A stretch of DNA of 64,000 nt, taken from Octopus vulgaris (Eukaryota). Below are positions 14,238-27,878 of the stretch, in pieces. Below the pieces are notes generated by a model, which was not told the origin of the DNA, did no database searches, and was given only the letters and a program-made list of their open reading frames with translations. The stretch is from contig OX597817.1 of NCBI GenBank assembly GCA_951406725.2, positions 48,794,001 through 48,858,000 of the forward strand. Reading direction: 5' to 3'. The translations under genes were made by a program, and so were the position numbers. How positions within the stretch are numbered: the first letter of the stretch is position 1; each line of letters opens with the position of its first letter.

Positions 14238-14626
14238 TCTCTATATATGTAAAGCTGAAGTTGTCTGTGTATGGCAGGTTTGGTAGCCTTCAACTAACAC
14301 TATCTCCTCCGAGACCCTGAGGCGCAAGTTGACCAAAATTGAGAGTATGATAGAAGGCTTGCTCTTCCTTCCGTAGAAGAAAAAATTCAAATCGGACCAT
14401 GTGAACACCAAAAATTATTTACATCAAAACATTGCTTTTTTTCTATAAAAATTCTTATTTTTAACGATTTTTTTACTGCTGTGTCACCATTTTTTGGTGT
14501 ATTTCAACCAGAAAAATGTTCACTTAAAGAGAATAACAAGCTACATAATGCAAAATTTTTACTTTTCAAAAATTCCAATTCTAAAGGGTCGAAACAAACC
14601 CTAGCAACGCCGGTCGATACTGCTTG
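14238..14626 (+). mobile_element. Non-autonomous Helitron
   Basis: 5' TC, 3' gcaacgcc hairpin region and CTTG (degenerate CTAG); sits between A and T. Sibling at 45606. Confidence 0.75.
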
Positions 14627-14804
14627 TAAAGGATATTTGAACATACAGGAAATGATCACGTTAAGTGTCATATCTGTTAATTGATGATACAATTGATTAC
14701 CACTCTGTTATAGGCCGTGACCTGGGTATAATTTTAAACTACATCCGTTAGTTTGAGAGCTCCAGGGTTTTGAAGGACATGGAACCACTACGCCATATGC
14801 CCGC

Positions 14805-15053
14805 GGGCATATGGCGTAGTGGTTAGGAGCGTGGGCTACTAACTCCAAGGTTCCGAGTTCGATTCCAAGCAGTGACCTGTGCAATAACAGTAATAATAAT
14901 AATAACAACATCGAAAAATACCTTAGGAATGAGAACCCAGGTTCGAAATTTTCCCAAGACACCTTGTGAATGCTGGAGGGTATATCAGCCGAAAAGTTGT
15001 GTTAACAACAAACAAGTTGAGAACAACTATCTGTCGAATGTAAATTATGTAAT
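14805..15053 (+). mobile_element. tRNA-derived SINE with decayed hammerhead-like tail
   Basis: A box tggcgtagtgg, B box gttcgattcc. Tail acac-CTTGTGA-..gctg..cagc c-GAAA-ag-TT-gtgt. Confidence 0.65.
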
Positions 15054-15486
15054 AACGAACCACTTCTTATTCACTATTGCTTTTTGATTGTAGTAGTACC
15101 GCCTATCAGAGTCCCAACTACGGATTAATTAGTATATCACGGAATCGCTTCTGGAAGAAGATTATTTACAGGTACACCAACGGACCCAGGGAGCCCTTTA
15201 AGCTCCTTATTGGCTCATCTAAGTAAAGATGACTCCATAAAATCCTGCAACCTGATAATTTCTTGTAGATTTTCTAGTGTACATCTGATTGATAAACTGT
15301 TTCTATTACTTCGATACTAAAAGTGAGATTAACAGACATTGCTGAAGTTGTAATGGATACTAACCCAGTACTAACTTTTAAGCCTAGTATTTATTCTATC
15401 GGTATCTTTGCCGACCCGTTAAGTTTTGGAGGGCGTAAACAAACTGCGGTGGTCAAGTGGTGGTGGGGTGAGCAAACACACACACA

Positions 15487-15531
<45 letters not shown>

Positions 15532-15740
15532 AAACATATATATTATAGGTTTATAAGAAGAGTGGTGACAGTTTTTCATCAGACTGTTCAATGAAAGCTA
15601 GTAGGCCAAAACCTCGAAGTCACTGTCTCTACACTTTTTGTAAAAATATAATTTATACACTGCAAAACGTATTGAGTAATCTTCCAGTTTCATATAAAAT
15701 TGTTTTCATTATAACACGATATTTACATAAAGATATGGAA

Positions 15741-15995
15741 GGCGCAGGAGTGGGTGTGTGGTAAGTAGCTTGCTTACCAGCCACATGCTTCCGGGTTCAG
15801 TTCTACTGTGTGGCACATTTGGCAAGTTTTGTGAGTGGATTTCGTAGACGGAAACTGAAAGAAGCCCGTCGTATATATATATATATATATAAATGTGTGT
15901 GTGTGTTTGTGTGTCTCTGTTTGCCCTCTCAGCATCGCTTGACAACCGATGCTGGTGTGTTCAAGAGAGACCGCTAGAAATGACTGAAACAAATA
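15741..15995 (+). mobile_element. SINE family 1 (ggcgcaggagtggctgtgtgg head), deleted copy
   Basis: Matches many dispersed copies in the window. Confidence 0.75.
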
Positions 15996-16180
15996 AAGGA
16001 ATGTGTGTGTGCGCGCGTGTGTGTGTGAATGTATACGGGCTTTCATACAGTTTCCGACATGACTTGGTGTGAGGCTATATTAATTAATAAATAAAAAATA
16101 TACAGTACAGGACATCGCCAACGAGCGAAAAAACACGTAAATACACGAGAGATACGTACAGGACAAAATACAAAAAAAAA

Positions 16181-16541
16181 GCCTTCAGTCGAGAGCAAAT
16201 CGACCCTAGGACTTATTCTTTGTACTATTCTAGTACTTATTCTATCGGTCTCTTTTGCCGAACCGCTAAGTTACGGGGACGTAAACACCAGCATCGGATG
16301 TCAAGCGATGTTGGGGGGTGGGGGCAAACAGACACACAATCATATACACACACATACATATATATATATACATATATGCGACGAGCTTCTTTCAGTTTCC
16401 GTCTACGAAATCCACTCATAAGTCTTTGGTCGGCCCGAGGCTATAGTAGAAGACACTTGCGCAAGGTGCCACGCAGTGGGACTGAACCCACAACCATGTG
16501 GTTGGTAAGCGAGCTACTTACCACGCAGCCACTCCTACGCC
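16181..16541 (-). mobile_element. SINE family 1
   Basis: Reverse complement of the family sequence. Confidence 0.85.
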
Positions 16542-16724
16542 TGTTTCATATTCCCTATTTCGTACTTGTCTCTCGTTATGTTGCCATAATTTTCACTCGT
16601 TGTTGTTGTCCTGTTCTTATTGTGTATTTTCTGGTATTTTGTCCTGTACTTATCTCGCGTGTGTTTACATGTTTTTCGCTCGTTGGTGATGTCCTGTACT
16701 TATAGTGTATTTTTTATTTAATTA

Positions 16725-17106
16725 CTAGCGGTATCGCCCGGCGTTGCTCGGGTTTGTAAGGGAAATAACTATAAAGCATTTTTAGAGAGTTATAGCCAAA
16801 AAATAGCAAAAAAATGGAAAAAAATTGATGGTAAATTTTTTTGAGAGTTAAAAAGGTCGAGTTGCGTCCCCTAGACAGTCTGTGGTTTGTGTTTCTGATT
16901 CTCGACCCCATGTCGAATTTATTGATTTTTTTTCAGAACTGGGGGAACTTTTCAAAATTTTCGCTGCGTTAGTTTTGAATTATGACATTGGGCTATGTGT
17001 GTGTCAAGTTTCATCAGAATCGGTTGAAAGCCGTGGTCAGGGTGAGGGTACAACCTAACAGACACACAGACACGCAGACAGACAAACTGCCGTTTATATA
17101 TAGAGA
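16725..17106 (-). mobile_element. Non-autonomous Helitron (related family)
   Basis: Minus strand TCTCTATATATAAA ... ccgagcaacgccgggcgataccgCTAG. Confidence 0.8.
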
Positions 17107-17532
17107 TAATCGAACGCCATGCTGCCTTGTCTACAGTAAATTCCTATATTAATTAATACTTGGCTTTTGCACATCGCAGTGGGACTGAACACGAAATGGC
17201 ATAGTTGCAACCGAGTTTCTTTACCACATAACCAAGCCTGTTTTTGTTTCTGTTTCAAAATCTAGCGCAGAGATCAGAGGTCTTTTGGTCATAAAAAACT
17301 AAACAAAAGAATGATTCTTAAGAAATAGTATTGCGTGGGCCATCATAAATTACTTTTATGTTTTCTAGTATATCGCTGAATTTTGCTATGTGTGCACACG
17401 CGCACGTATTTGCGTGTGTTCGCGAGTTTGTGGAAGGGTTTGTGTGCGTTTAGCGGTTTTCCCGAGTGCTTGTGATCAATGATAATTGTATGTGATCAAT
17501 TCTCATATTGAATTAGTGGAGTAGATAGATAA

Positions 17533-17566
<34 letters not shown>

Positions 17567-17567
17567 C

Positions 17568-17642
<75 letters not shown>

Positions 17643-17643
<1 letters not shown>

Positions 17644-18088
17644 TGTTTCTTTATTAGCCACACAGGGCTGGACACAGATGGGACAAATTACAAAGTAGAG
17701 CTTTTCTTTTGGGGGAGAGAAAAAAAAGTGGGGTAGGTTTTCGATCAAAAGGGATCGTAGAAATGAAAAAAAAAGGAAGAGAAAAAGAAAAGAAAATGGA
17801 AAAGAAAAAAAGAAAAGAAAAAACGATCAATAGGGATCGTGTATCACAGAAATGTCATGATGTAAAGTGTAAAACGGGAAAGCAGATAAGGTTTATCCAT
17901 GGAAAGAAAAGCCTACGGAAAAGACCGCGGTAACTTCGGTCATTAATGTTACATGTTAACACATTTATTTGCAAGTAAGTAACTCTCTGTTTTAAATTTT
18001 TCCGGGTTCATAGGATTATGCTCAAGGTGGCTCCGTCATTCATACGTGCCATCCTTCCTACATTCACCCATCTTTTTTTGAAACATTC
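17643..18088 (-). mobile_element. Tx1/L1-like LINE 3' end inserted in (GATA)n
   Basis: Minus strand reads ECFKKRWVNVGRMARMNDGATLSIIL* then a pyrimidine-rich 3'UTR. (GATA)n on both sides. Confidence 0.5.
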
Positions 18089-18105
18089 AGATAGATAGAT
18101 AGATG

Positions 18106-18184
<79 letters not shown>

Positions 18185-18699
18185 TTCACTCTAATGTCAC
18201 AAAGATAGACGTAATTTTAAGGAGAAAATCTATTTTTGCTAAATGCATTGAACACTTCATTTAATTATAGTGAAGAGGAAAATTGAAAGCAAAGCGTAAA
18301 TATTAATTAGTGACAATAATTATACATCGATTTTAAGCATCGCACAATTTAGTCTGAGAATTGTCTGCGAAATAACAAATGTAACCAGATGAAAAAGGAT
18401 AACATTAATACTCTTTTTTAATATAGACACAAAACTTTAAATTTTGAGGGATGGGGCAAGCCGATTACCTCGAGCCTAGTGCTCAACTAACACTTATTTC
18501 ATCAACCCCGAAAGGATGAATGGCAAAGTTGACCTCGATAGAATCTGAACCCAAAATATAAAGAGCCGGAAGAAATACTGATCAACATTTCCCCAGCGTG
18601 TTAATGATCCTGACAGTTCGCCTCCTTACAGAGTATTAATAATGAATCTAAATATATAAAAAAACCCATTGTGTCCAGTGGAGAGTTTCCTCTTCTTCA

Positions 18700-21100
18700 C
18701 TCAAGAATGCTCGGACTTCAGTCTAGGCTAGGGTACCACCAACCACCTCTTTTTAATACACAAACCATATATATGTCTCTTAAACTTATACTAGTTGCCC
18801 ACTCTGTAAACTACATTTTCATCTTCGCTCTGAAAGGTATCTGTGCCTAAGTAAAACTTATCATCCCAACTGTTCGCTTAGTATTAGAGAAAAAAACAAA
18901 CAAATGCAAAAACAGACATCTTGATAGTTTCACTAAAAGACCTCATTTTTTTTAAACGTTATCTACTGCTTCTACTGCTTTGTAACTAATCTAGCCACCA
19001 ATGAACATCCAACCATTTCTCGTCAAGCTTCAAGTACATTTAATCTCAATTCACATAACTAAGTGAGCATTATGCTCACAGTTTCTTTTGAATGTTCGCT
19101 CTCTCCCATACCAACTAATTCAAATATTATTGACCTTTCTCCTACATTAAATGTAATTCTTTAACCAACTAATATTGCCTATTTTCCTTTCTGGAAGGTA
19201 ATCTAGTGATTGCCTACTGAAAACAACACACGACAATTCTTCAGACCGGTTAGAATTCATTCGCCACCATACGAACCACTTAGTTCTTCGCCAATCTAAC
19301 AGAATTCAACCAACGTTATTTCGAATATTCATGGCAGAGAAATGTTCTTTATCCATCATCGATCTGAGACAACAAAGCCGTTAAGTGAAACCATTCTACT
19401 GGGTGTATTCCTCTTTCATCCCGATGTTGCTCCTCATCTGTCTTACGATTAAATTACGAAACTTCAAAGAGCAGTAATGCAACCCCCGTCAGACATGGGG
19501 GAAGCTTATCCCACCACCTTAATGATTGTAAAACAACCAGGCAAAAGGTGTTTTTATGCATCATGCAGTCAAAAGTTACTGCGGATATCCCCGATCCCTT
19601 GCCAAAAGAATCTCCAGAAATTTTAAAAAATCATTAGTCAGTTGATTCTGTTATCAAGGACCTCGCCTGCTTTGCTACTCACTTTGCGTCTAGCTCTACT
19701 GTCTATGCATTCAATAAGCCCCTTTCAATACTTCTCATTCATTCAACAAGTCTTCCCTTCACGTACATAACGTCACTAAATGTATAAACTCATCAGATAA
19801 ATTTCAACGTCTCGTGACAACCTGCCCTGACAACGTAGGTCAGTTTTCATTACAACAATTAAAATCGTATGCATCAGAGATTGTCCCTCTCCTCATGAAA
19901 CTCATTACTGTTTCTCCATTTACCCGATTATTTACCACTCTTTGGAAGCACGCTACACTGTACCATTTCTCAAAGAAACATAATCTTCCTCATGCTAGCA
20001 ATTTTCACCCATTGCTTTCACTTTCAATATTACAGACGTGATAGAAACCTTCGACAGCAATCACCTTTTACACCACAGACTCCCTTTTCCTCATCCTTGA
20101 CCACTAGGACAGCTAGAATAAAGTATCATTTACTGAAGACTCGTTCTGCTATATCATTCATCAGAATTCTTCCAACGTTTTTACCAGAAGTCTTCCAAGC
20201 TCATAACGTTTTCTTCGAAAGTGACGTTGTCAAACCTACGCCAGTAAAGTTGTCGATATTATCTGACGCTAGAACCTTCAAGTTAAGTTACGCTTCTACA
20301 AGTTTAATATCTTTCTATAATTTCCCTCTCCTTCCCTCCCCCACCTCTCTCTCATTTTTCTCATCTCGCTAACTGAAAAATTTCTCTCAAACTATATCAT
20401 CACCTCCCGTGTACCCCAAGAATAGGCTATGTTTCTAACATCCCTCTCTTTTGGCTATTTTCTTGGTGATACTTCTAACAGTCCGATGAATAGGACACTA
20501 TAATTTTTCCTCAAACAAGTCCTAACACCTCACCATGTTGGCAGTATATCCATATACAAAGATCTCACAAAGATCTTTTACTAATGACATGATATCATCG
20601 TCTCCTCCTCCTTGAATGCTAAGATATCAAAATGTCTGATCACTTTTCATACTGAATGAAAACACGTGTTATATTAACATATAGGTGACCTCAGTTTGAC
20701 AACATTATCAAAATGGAATGCCAAAGTCAAGGTTTCGCCTCTAACCCAGAAAATACTTGAGATCTGATTAGCTACTGAACCTTCCAAACGTGACCCATTT
20801 TGATGTATTGAAACAGCGCTCTTGCTACATACACAAATATAAGGGATTGCATTTAAATGGACACTTACCAACAAACTCTTTCCTTTCTCGACTACTACTG
20901 TTTCTCCTACAACGCCCTAGGCTCCTTGAAATATGCCAGCCGAGATTTCCACCCTCATTCTATCTTTCGTTTGTATTCTAACCTTTCTGTATTCCACCTC
21001 GAAGTCCTCACACGAAATACTTTCCCCAAAGCATTCTTCTCAGAGGAAAAATCTGGAAATTCATTCCTGCCACGACATAATTATAGATCTTGACCCACCG
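18700..21100 (+). pseudogene. Decayed LINE (Jockey/CR1/L2 group) reverse transcriptase
   Basis: WKHATLYHFSKKHNLPHASNFHPLLSLS resembles WK..V.PIPKKG..P.NYRPI.L, and ITSRVPQE resembles SGVPQGS. Many stops; boundaries approximate. Confidence 0.6.
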
Positions 21101-21557
21101 ATGTTCAAATTGACGGTCACTCTCATGGTTTCACTATGCTCAGAAAGGCTTACAACGACACAGAAGACAACTACACCTCCTCTTTTCTAACAAATGTTTG
21201 TAATGATGAATATTTCAAAATTTCACATAGGATTAGTAGACATTTGAGATTAATTAATCAGAAAAATACAATAAATCAAACAATATGAATTTATGGAATA
21301 TTAATACCCTCATATATACAGCCGCTATCACTTTTAAAGAACACTCAGGAGAAATCTACTACATATATTACAATAAGATTACTAAAAGGAAGCACCCTAG
21401 ATGAAAAACAAAATCTGAAAAAAACATCAACAAACTATGGTACGATATTAGATGGTAAATCACGAAAAATAAAACGTAAGATGAAATCCATACATATACA
21501 TATATACACTGACATATATATATATATATACATATGTATATACATATATATGTATAC

Positions 21558-21597
<40 letters not shown>

Positions 21598-21601
<4 letters not shown>

Positions 21602-21827
21602 AGTAAACACATAAATGTGAAACAAGGTAGAAAAAAGAGTACTCAAATACCAGTGGTAGAGTAATATGCTTTATTTAAAGCAGCAGAAAATCAAACAAAA
21701 TCTATTACTCTGAGTTTCTCGTTGCCGTTCATCAGACAGTTTTTGCAAAAACTGTCTGATGAACGGCAACGAGAAACTCAGAGTAACAGATTTTGTTGAA
21801 TTTTCTACTGCTTTAAATAAAGTATAT
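21598..21827. mobile_element. (TA)n-flanked fold-back element with hammerhead motif
   Basis: Palindrome 21664-21827 centred on 21745/21746. An internally deleted sibling lies at 22436-22590. Confidence 0.8.
21752..21789 (+). ncRNA. Minimal type I hammerhead ribozyme motif (mirror copy 21702-21739, minus strand)
   Basis: ctgt-CTGATGA-a cg gcaa cg a-GAAA-CTC a GAG-TA-acag. Confidence 0.75.
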
Positions 21828-21955
21828 ATATATATATATATATATACTCTTTACTCTTTTACTCTTTTACTTGTTTCAGCCATTTATATATATATGAATT
21901 TATGGAATATTAATACCCTCATATATACAGCTGCTATCACTTTTAAAGAACACTC

Positions 21956-21999
<44 letters not shown>

Positions 22000-22221
22000 A
22001 TATATATATATATATATATGGTATCTTATATAAGCTTAAAGCTTATGGCGAATACCGTGCAATGACTAAGGAAAATAGTCTAATAAAGGGGCATATAAGC
22101 CTTCGATAGAATTAAAAAGACATTGCTATCCGCGTGGGAATCGAATCCACATCTCTTTGTTAATGCGATTAAGTGTAAAACATTCGCACCGAAAGCATAT
22201 ATATATACATACATACATACA

Positions 22222-22253
<32 letters not shown>

Positions 22254-22257
22254 CATG

Positions 22258-22290
<33 letters not shown>

Positions 22291-22381
22291 ATGTGTGTGC
22301 GAGTCTGTATGCATTTTTATATACATTTTTATGCGTAAATATATATATGCATATATATACATATATTTGTACACACACACA

Positions 22382-22435
<54 letters not shown>

Positions 22436-22584
22436 CCGGAGTAAACACATAAATATGAAACAAGGTGGAAAAAAGAGTACTCAAATACCAGTGGTAGAGT
22501 AATATGCTTTATTTAAAGCAGCAGAAAATTCAACAAAATCTGTTTTTGTTGAATTTTGTTGAATTTTCTGCTGCTTTAAATAAA

Positions 22585-22629
<45 letters not shown>

Positions 22630-22882
22630 ATACAGGATAAACACATTATAAACAAATATATATTACTGTTTCTACGCACGTTTCACCATTATGGTTCCTT
22701 GGAACTCTGTATTGCATTAATTTACGAACAACTATGTATTTATCCTTATTTCTCCTATTTTTTTCTGTAGTTTATGGCTGCTAGTGATACGATTCAGCAT
22801 AGAAGGAATTTAAATATTATACAAGAAGCAGACTGGATTATGATTATCAATGTGGAGTTCTAAACGTAAGGGGCAGTCGTTC

Positions 22883-23404
<522 letters not shown>

Positions 23405-23491
23405 GTGTGTGCGAGTCTGTATGTGTATTTATATACATTTTTATGCGTAAATATATATATGTATATATATACATATATTTGTACACACACA

Positions 23492-23541
<50 letters not shown>

Positions 23542-23648
23542 TATATACATTTGCACATCCATCTTAACTCCAATGTGTTGTATTAAACGCCGTAAGCTGC
23601 GGTAATCGGCCTGAGAAATATATATCTATAAATATGAATTTTACTTAC

Positions 23649-23761
23649 CTTTGAGAAAACTGGAGATACAGAGTAACGAAAGCACCACGGAAGGACGATT
23701 TAAGATTCGTAAACAGGAAGAATTACACGAATCATATTCCCAAGGTAGGTTATTGGAATCA

Positions 23762-23826
<65 letters not shown>

Positions 23827-24213
23827 GCCAGTAGCACTATTGTTGTTAATAATTGAGTTATTACTCTGAGTATGCAAGACTGCGTTCATATAGCCGTCAG
23901 TAATTGCACTGTTTTTAGCGTCTGTAACCTTGTTTTTGTCAAAAGTATTTTCTGATATACTTTTCGAAGAACTTTCCTTGGAAGAAGATGAACAATGAAT
24001 CATTAAGGCAGGTACAATGTTCTGATCAAATTCTTGGGTTAGTTTTGTAAAATTTCGGCTTTCTTTTACTGAGACAGCATTTTCTGGTTTAACCACAACG
24101 TTTTCTGCAGTTGAGTGTAAGAAGTTTGTCTCGGTTTTCTTCCTCAAGATAAAATCATTTGATATAGGAAAGTTTGAAGTTTCAACGGTGCCAGGTGTTG
24201 CGAATAATTCCAT
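23649..24213 (-). CDS. SLCO4A1: OATP/SLCO4-like organic anion transporter, first coding exon (long N-terminal tail with poly-Asn, start of TM1)
   Basis: ORF from ATG 24213 ends ...ILNRPSVVLSLLCISSFLK-G|GTAAGT. The phase-1 donor joins the next exon in frame. Candidate acceptor ttttatattgcag just upstream of 24326. The symbol reflects closest recalled similarity, not tested orthology. Confidence 0.8.
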
Positions 24214-24513
24214 TTTATAGCATTAGGGAAATATCATGGCGTATTTTCTTCAATGCTGAATAATATAAACTTCTTTGATATGGCATCTGTATTTTCATTC
24301 ATATCGCTAGCAATGGCTGAGTATTCCTGCAATATAAAAATGAAGTAAATAATATGACCAACATACAAACACACACACTTACACCATACGCGCGCATACA
24401 CAAACGGATAAACAAATATATACGTGTGTGCATGAGTATATGTGTACATTTAATTACTTGTATGTGTGTCGATGTATGTATAACAGAGAGAGGCCTGAAA
24501 CGAGTGCAGGATC

Positions 24514-24939
24514 GGAATCTTTTCGGTTTGAACGGCAGTTTTTTTCTAGCGGTGTCATATGAAATTGTCACCCATAATTATGACCCTAGTATCGATCTAT
24601 TGCATTTCAATCTGTTTTAGGGTTAGGGTTAGGGTTAGGGGTGGAGGGAAGGGTATCTTTTTTCTTCACAAATGTAAATAAACCCAATCTGTTTCTTAAA
24701 TGAGAGACATATTCATACGGCACAGAATGTTTTTTTCCTCAATACACGTCACTGATTGGTTGAAATTGCAGAAATTGAAGAAAAAATAACAACAAATATC
24801 TTACAAACTTTAGAATTTTCTCAATAAAGCAAAGAGAAAAAGATGTTTTATAAACACATTCTACCAGTATACGAAGTTTAAAATTTTTTAGTTACCTAGA
24901 AATTATGTTATTAACTGCCGGTCAAACCGAAAAGATCCC
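24514..24939. mobile_element. MITE with internal (TTAGGG)n
   Basis: TIR ggaatcttttcggtttgaacggcagtt / aactgccggtcaaaccgaaaagatccc; 6-bp TSD aggatc. Confidence 0.85.
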
Positions 24940-25921
24940 AGGATCGGAGCATTTAATTCAGAAACTTGATTAAATTATATTTATTAAAATATTTTCAACA
25001 CTGCTTTCAAGTGAAAAATCATTAATTGCTTCAGATAATGTTTCATGTCTTATTTAATATGGAAGTGAGTGCCATCTGATTAATCTAAATTATTTCTCTT
25101 CGTACTTTCAAACAATATCTAAGCGGCTTCTATGCAGCATGGAATTTTTAATATCTTCGTTCTTATTTTGGGGTTTTTTTTTAGAAACATTAGAATTTTG
25201 CATGTTATATTTTTTAGCAAATAAATTAGATTTGTAAGTAATTTCGAATAATACAGGAACATATATTCTAACTTGGTTCATACTATACCGAAAATTTGTA
25301 AAAGCTGGGTTGTATATCAAAGATTCGCTTTCCATGGAGATGGCAATTAAATAACAAGATATGCAATAAAATTAGAAGTAGCACTTCATGTTAATTATAT
25401 CCGTATTGTTGTTAAAACTAGCACTTAAAATATGACATCTGTGAAATATTTCGTTGAAATATTTTGAAGCATTATGTTAAAGCACTTTTACCGGTCTTCA
25501 AATATCAATCAATACAACGACCGCCGTTTGTTCGTCTTCTGTATCATTACTTTCTCTACGACACCGACCTATAACCCGTCAAACAACTTACTTACATACT
25601 TCACAAGAGCACTTTAATCCCATCACCTGCCCCTCAAGTTTTTTTCTATTTGGCAATTTTCTATTAATATTGATATTCGCGATCATCATCGCCATCGTCA
25701 TCATCACCTTGATATTCTAAGGCGTACAAGTAACCGAGGTCAAAATATTCCCCCGCAGTCCATCGTTGATTTATTCATTTACCACTGAGTGAACTGGAGG
25801 AACGTAAAATGAAGTGCTTTGTTCAAGAATACAACACACTGCCCGGTCTGAGAATCGAAACTACGATCCATCCATTCGGCCATGTACTTCACAATCAATA
25901 CTTACGCTAAAATTTATGATA

Positions 25922-26044
25922 GGCGCAGGTGTGGCTGTGTGGTAAGTAGCTTGCTTACCAACCACATGGTTCCGGGTTCAGTCCCTCAGGCCGACCGAAA
26001 CCGTATGAGTGGATTTGGTAGACGGAAACTGAAAGAAGCCCGTC

Positions 26045-26091
<47 letters not shown>

Positions 26092-26347
26092 GGGGGTTGT
26101 GTGTGTGTGTGTGTGTGTGTGTTTATGTTTGTGTGTCTGTGTTTGTCACCCCATCATCGCTTGACAACCGATGCTGGTGTGTTTTAGTACCCGTAACTTG
26201 GCGGTTTGGCAAAGGAGACTGATTGAATAAGTACTAGGCTTACAAAAAAATAAGTCCTGGGGTCGATTTACTCGACTAAAGGCGGTGCTCCAGCATGGTC
26301 GCAGTCAAATGACTGAAACAAGTAAAAGAGTAAAACAGTAAAGAGTA
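25922..26347 (+). mobile_element. SINE family 1
   Basis: tRNA-like head, internal (TA)/(TG) tract, (gtaaaaga)n tail. Confidence 0.85.
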
Positions 26348-26854
26348 TAGGATTTTCAAGATATTCAATTAATGCTAAATTCCAATTAACAGTAACGATT
26401 CAGATAAAGGCGGTGAGCTGGCAGAATCGTCACCGTGCCGGTCAAAATGCTTTGCGACATTTCGTCCGTCTTTACATTCTGATTTTAAAATCTGCGGTGG
26501 TCAACTTTATCCTTTATCCTTTCAGGGTCGACAAAGTACCAGTTAAGCTCTGGGGTCGATGTAATAAATTCCTCACTCCCTCTGAATTGCAGGCCTTGTG
26601 CCAAAAATTTGAAGCCTATATTTCACATTATTGCAATATGCAACAGTTGATATTATATATTGTATTATGCATATCTTGTACAGTGTTCAACTGTAATTTT
26701 ATTTTCGTTAGATAGGAATTTGATATTTTCATATTTTTTTCTATTTTTATAAATGATTTATTCAGAGTGAGGGTTAAATTATTTTGGTTAGAGAGTATAT
26801 TACATATCCAAGATAGAAATACAGATATAGATAGATACATTCATTGATTCATGT

Positions 26855-26914
<60 letters not shown>

Positions 26915-27140
26915 TATGAGCTCCTAATAGTTTAATGCGATGAAAACATCTCAGACAGCCTTTTTAGGGCCTTTATACAATTCTCAGGATTTCTGTTAAT
27001 CTTACCATCGTGGAACAGTTCCCTATGTGTATAAATACATGCCTCTCTTTATAAACACGTATATATATGTATATACATACAAATATATAGCTACATATAT
27101 ATACATATAAAAACATATATATAATTACATATATATATAA

Positions 27141-27193
<53 letters not shown>

Positions 27194-27220
27194 TACATAT
27201 ATATACATAACTGTATATAG

Positions 27221-27280
<60 letters not shown>

Positions 27281-27329
27281 ATATATATATACATACATAC
27301 ACACACGCATATATTACTCTCTTTCTTTT

Positions 27330-27715
27330 TCTTTTACTCTCTTTTACTTGTTTCAGTCATTTGACTGCGGCCATGCTGGAACACTGCCTTTAGTCGAGCA
27401 AATCGACCCTAGGACTTACTCTTTGGAAGCATAGTACTCATTCTATCGGTCCCTTTTGCCGAACCACTAGTTTACGGGGAAGCAAACACACCAGCATCGG
27501 TTGTCAAGCGATGTTGGGGTGACAAACATATACACATATATATATACATATATACGACGGGTTTCTTTCAGTTTCCGTCTACCAAATCCACTCATAAGGC
27601 TTTGGTCGGCCCAAGGCTATAGTAGAAGACACATGCCCAAGGTGCCACGCAGACAGACAGATGGACAGACAGACAGATAGACAGACAGACCGGGAACCAA
27701 ATGGTTGGTTGCGCC
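27330..27715 (-). mobile_element. SINE family 1
   Basis: Reverse complement of the family sequence. Confidence 0.8.
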
Positions 27716-27813
27716 TGGTTTAACATAGACTCGCGGCCATCCCTGCTTTTCATTCTTCCGAGATCGATATATCAATAAAGCGCTAGTCAAATACTGGAGT
27801 CGATTCTACATGT

Positions 27814-27878
<65 letters not shown>

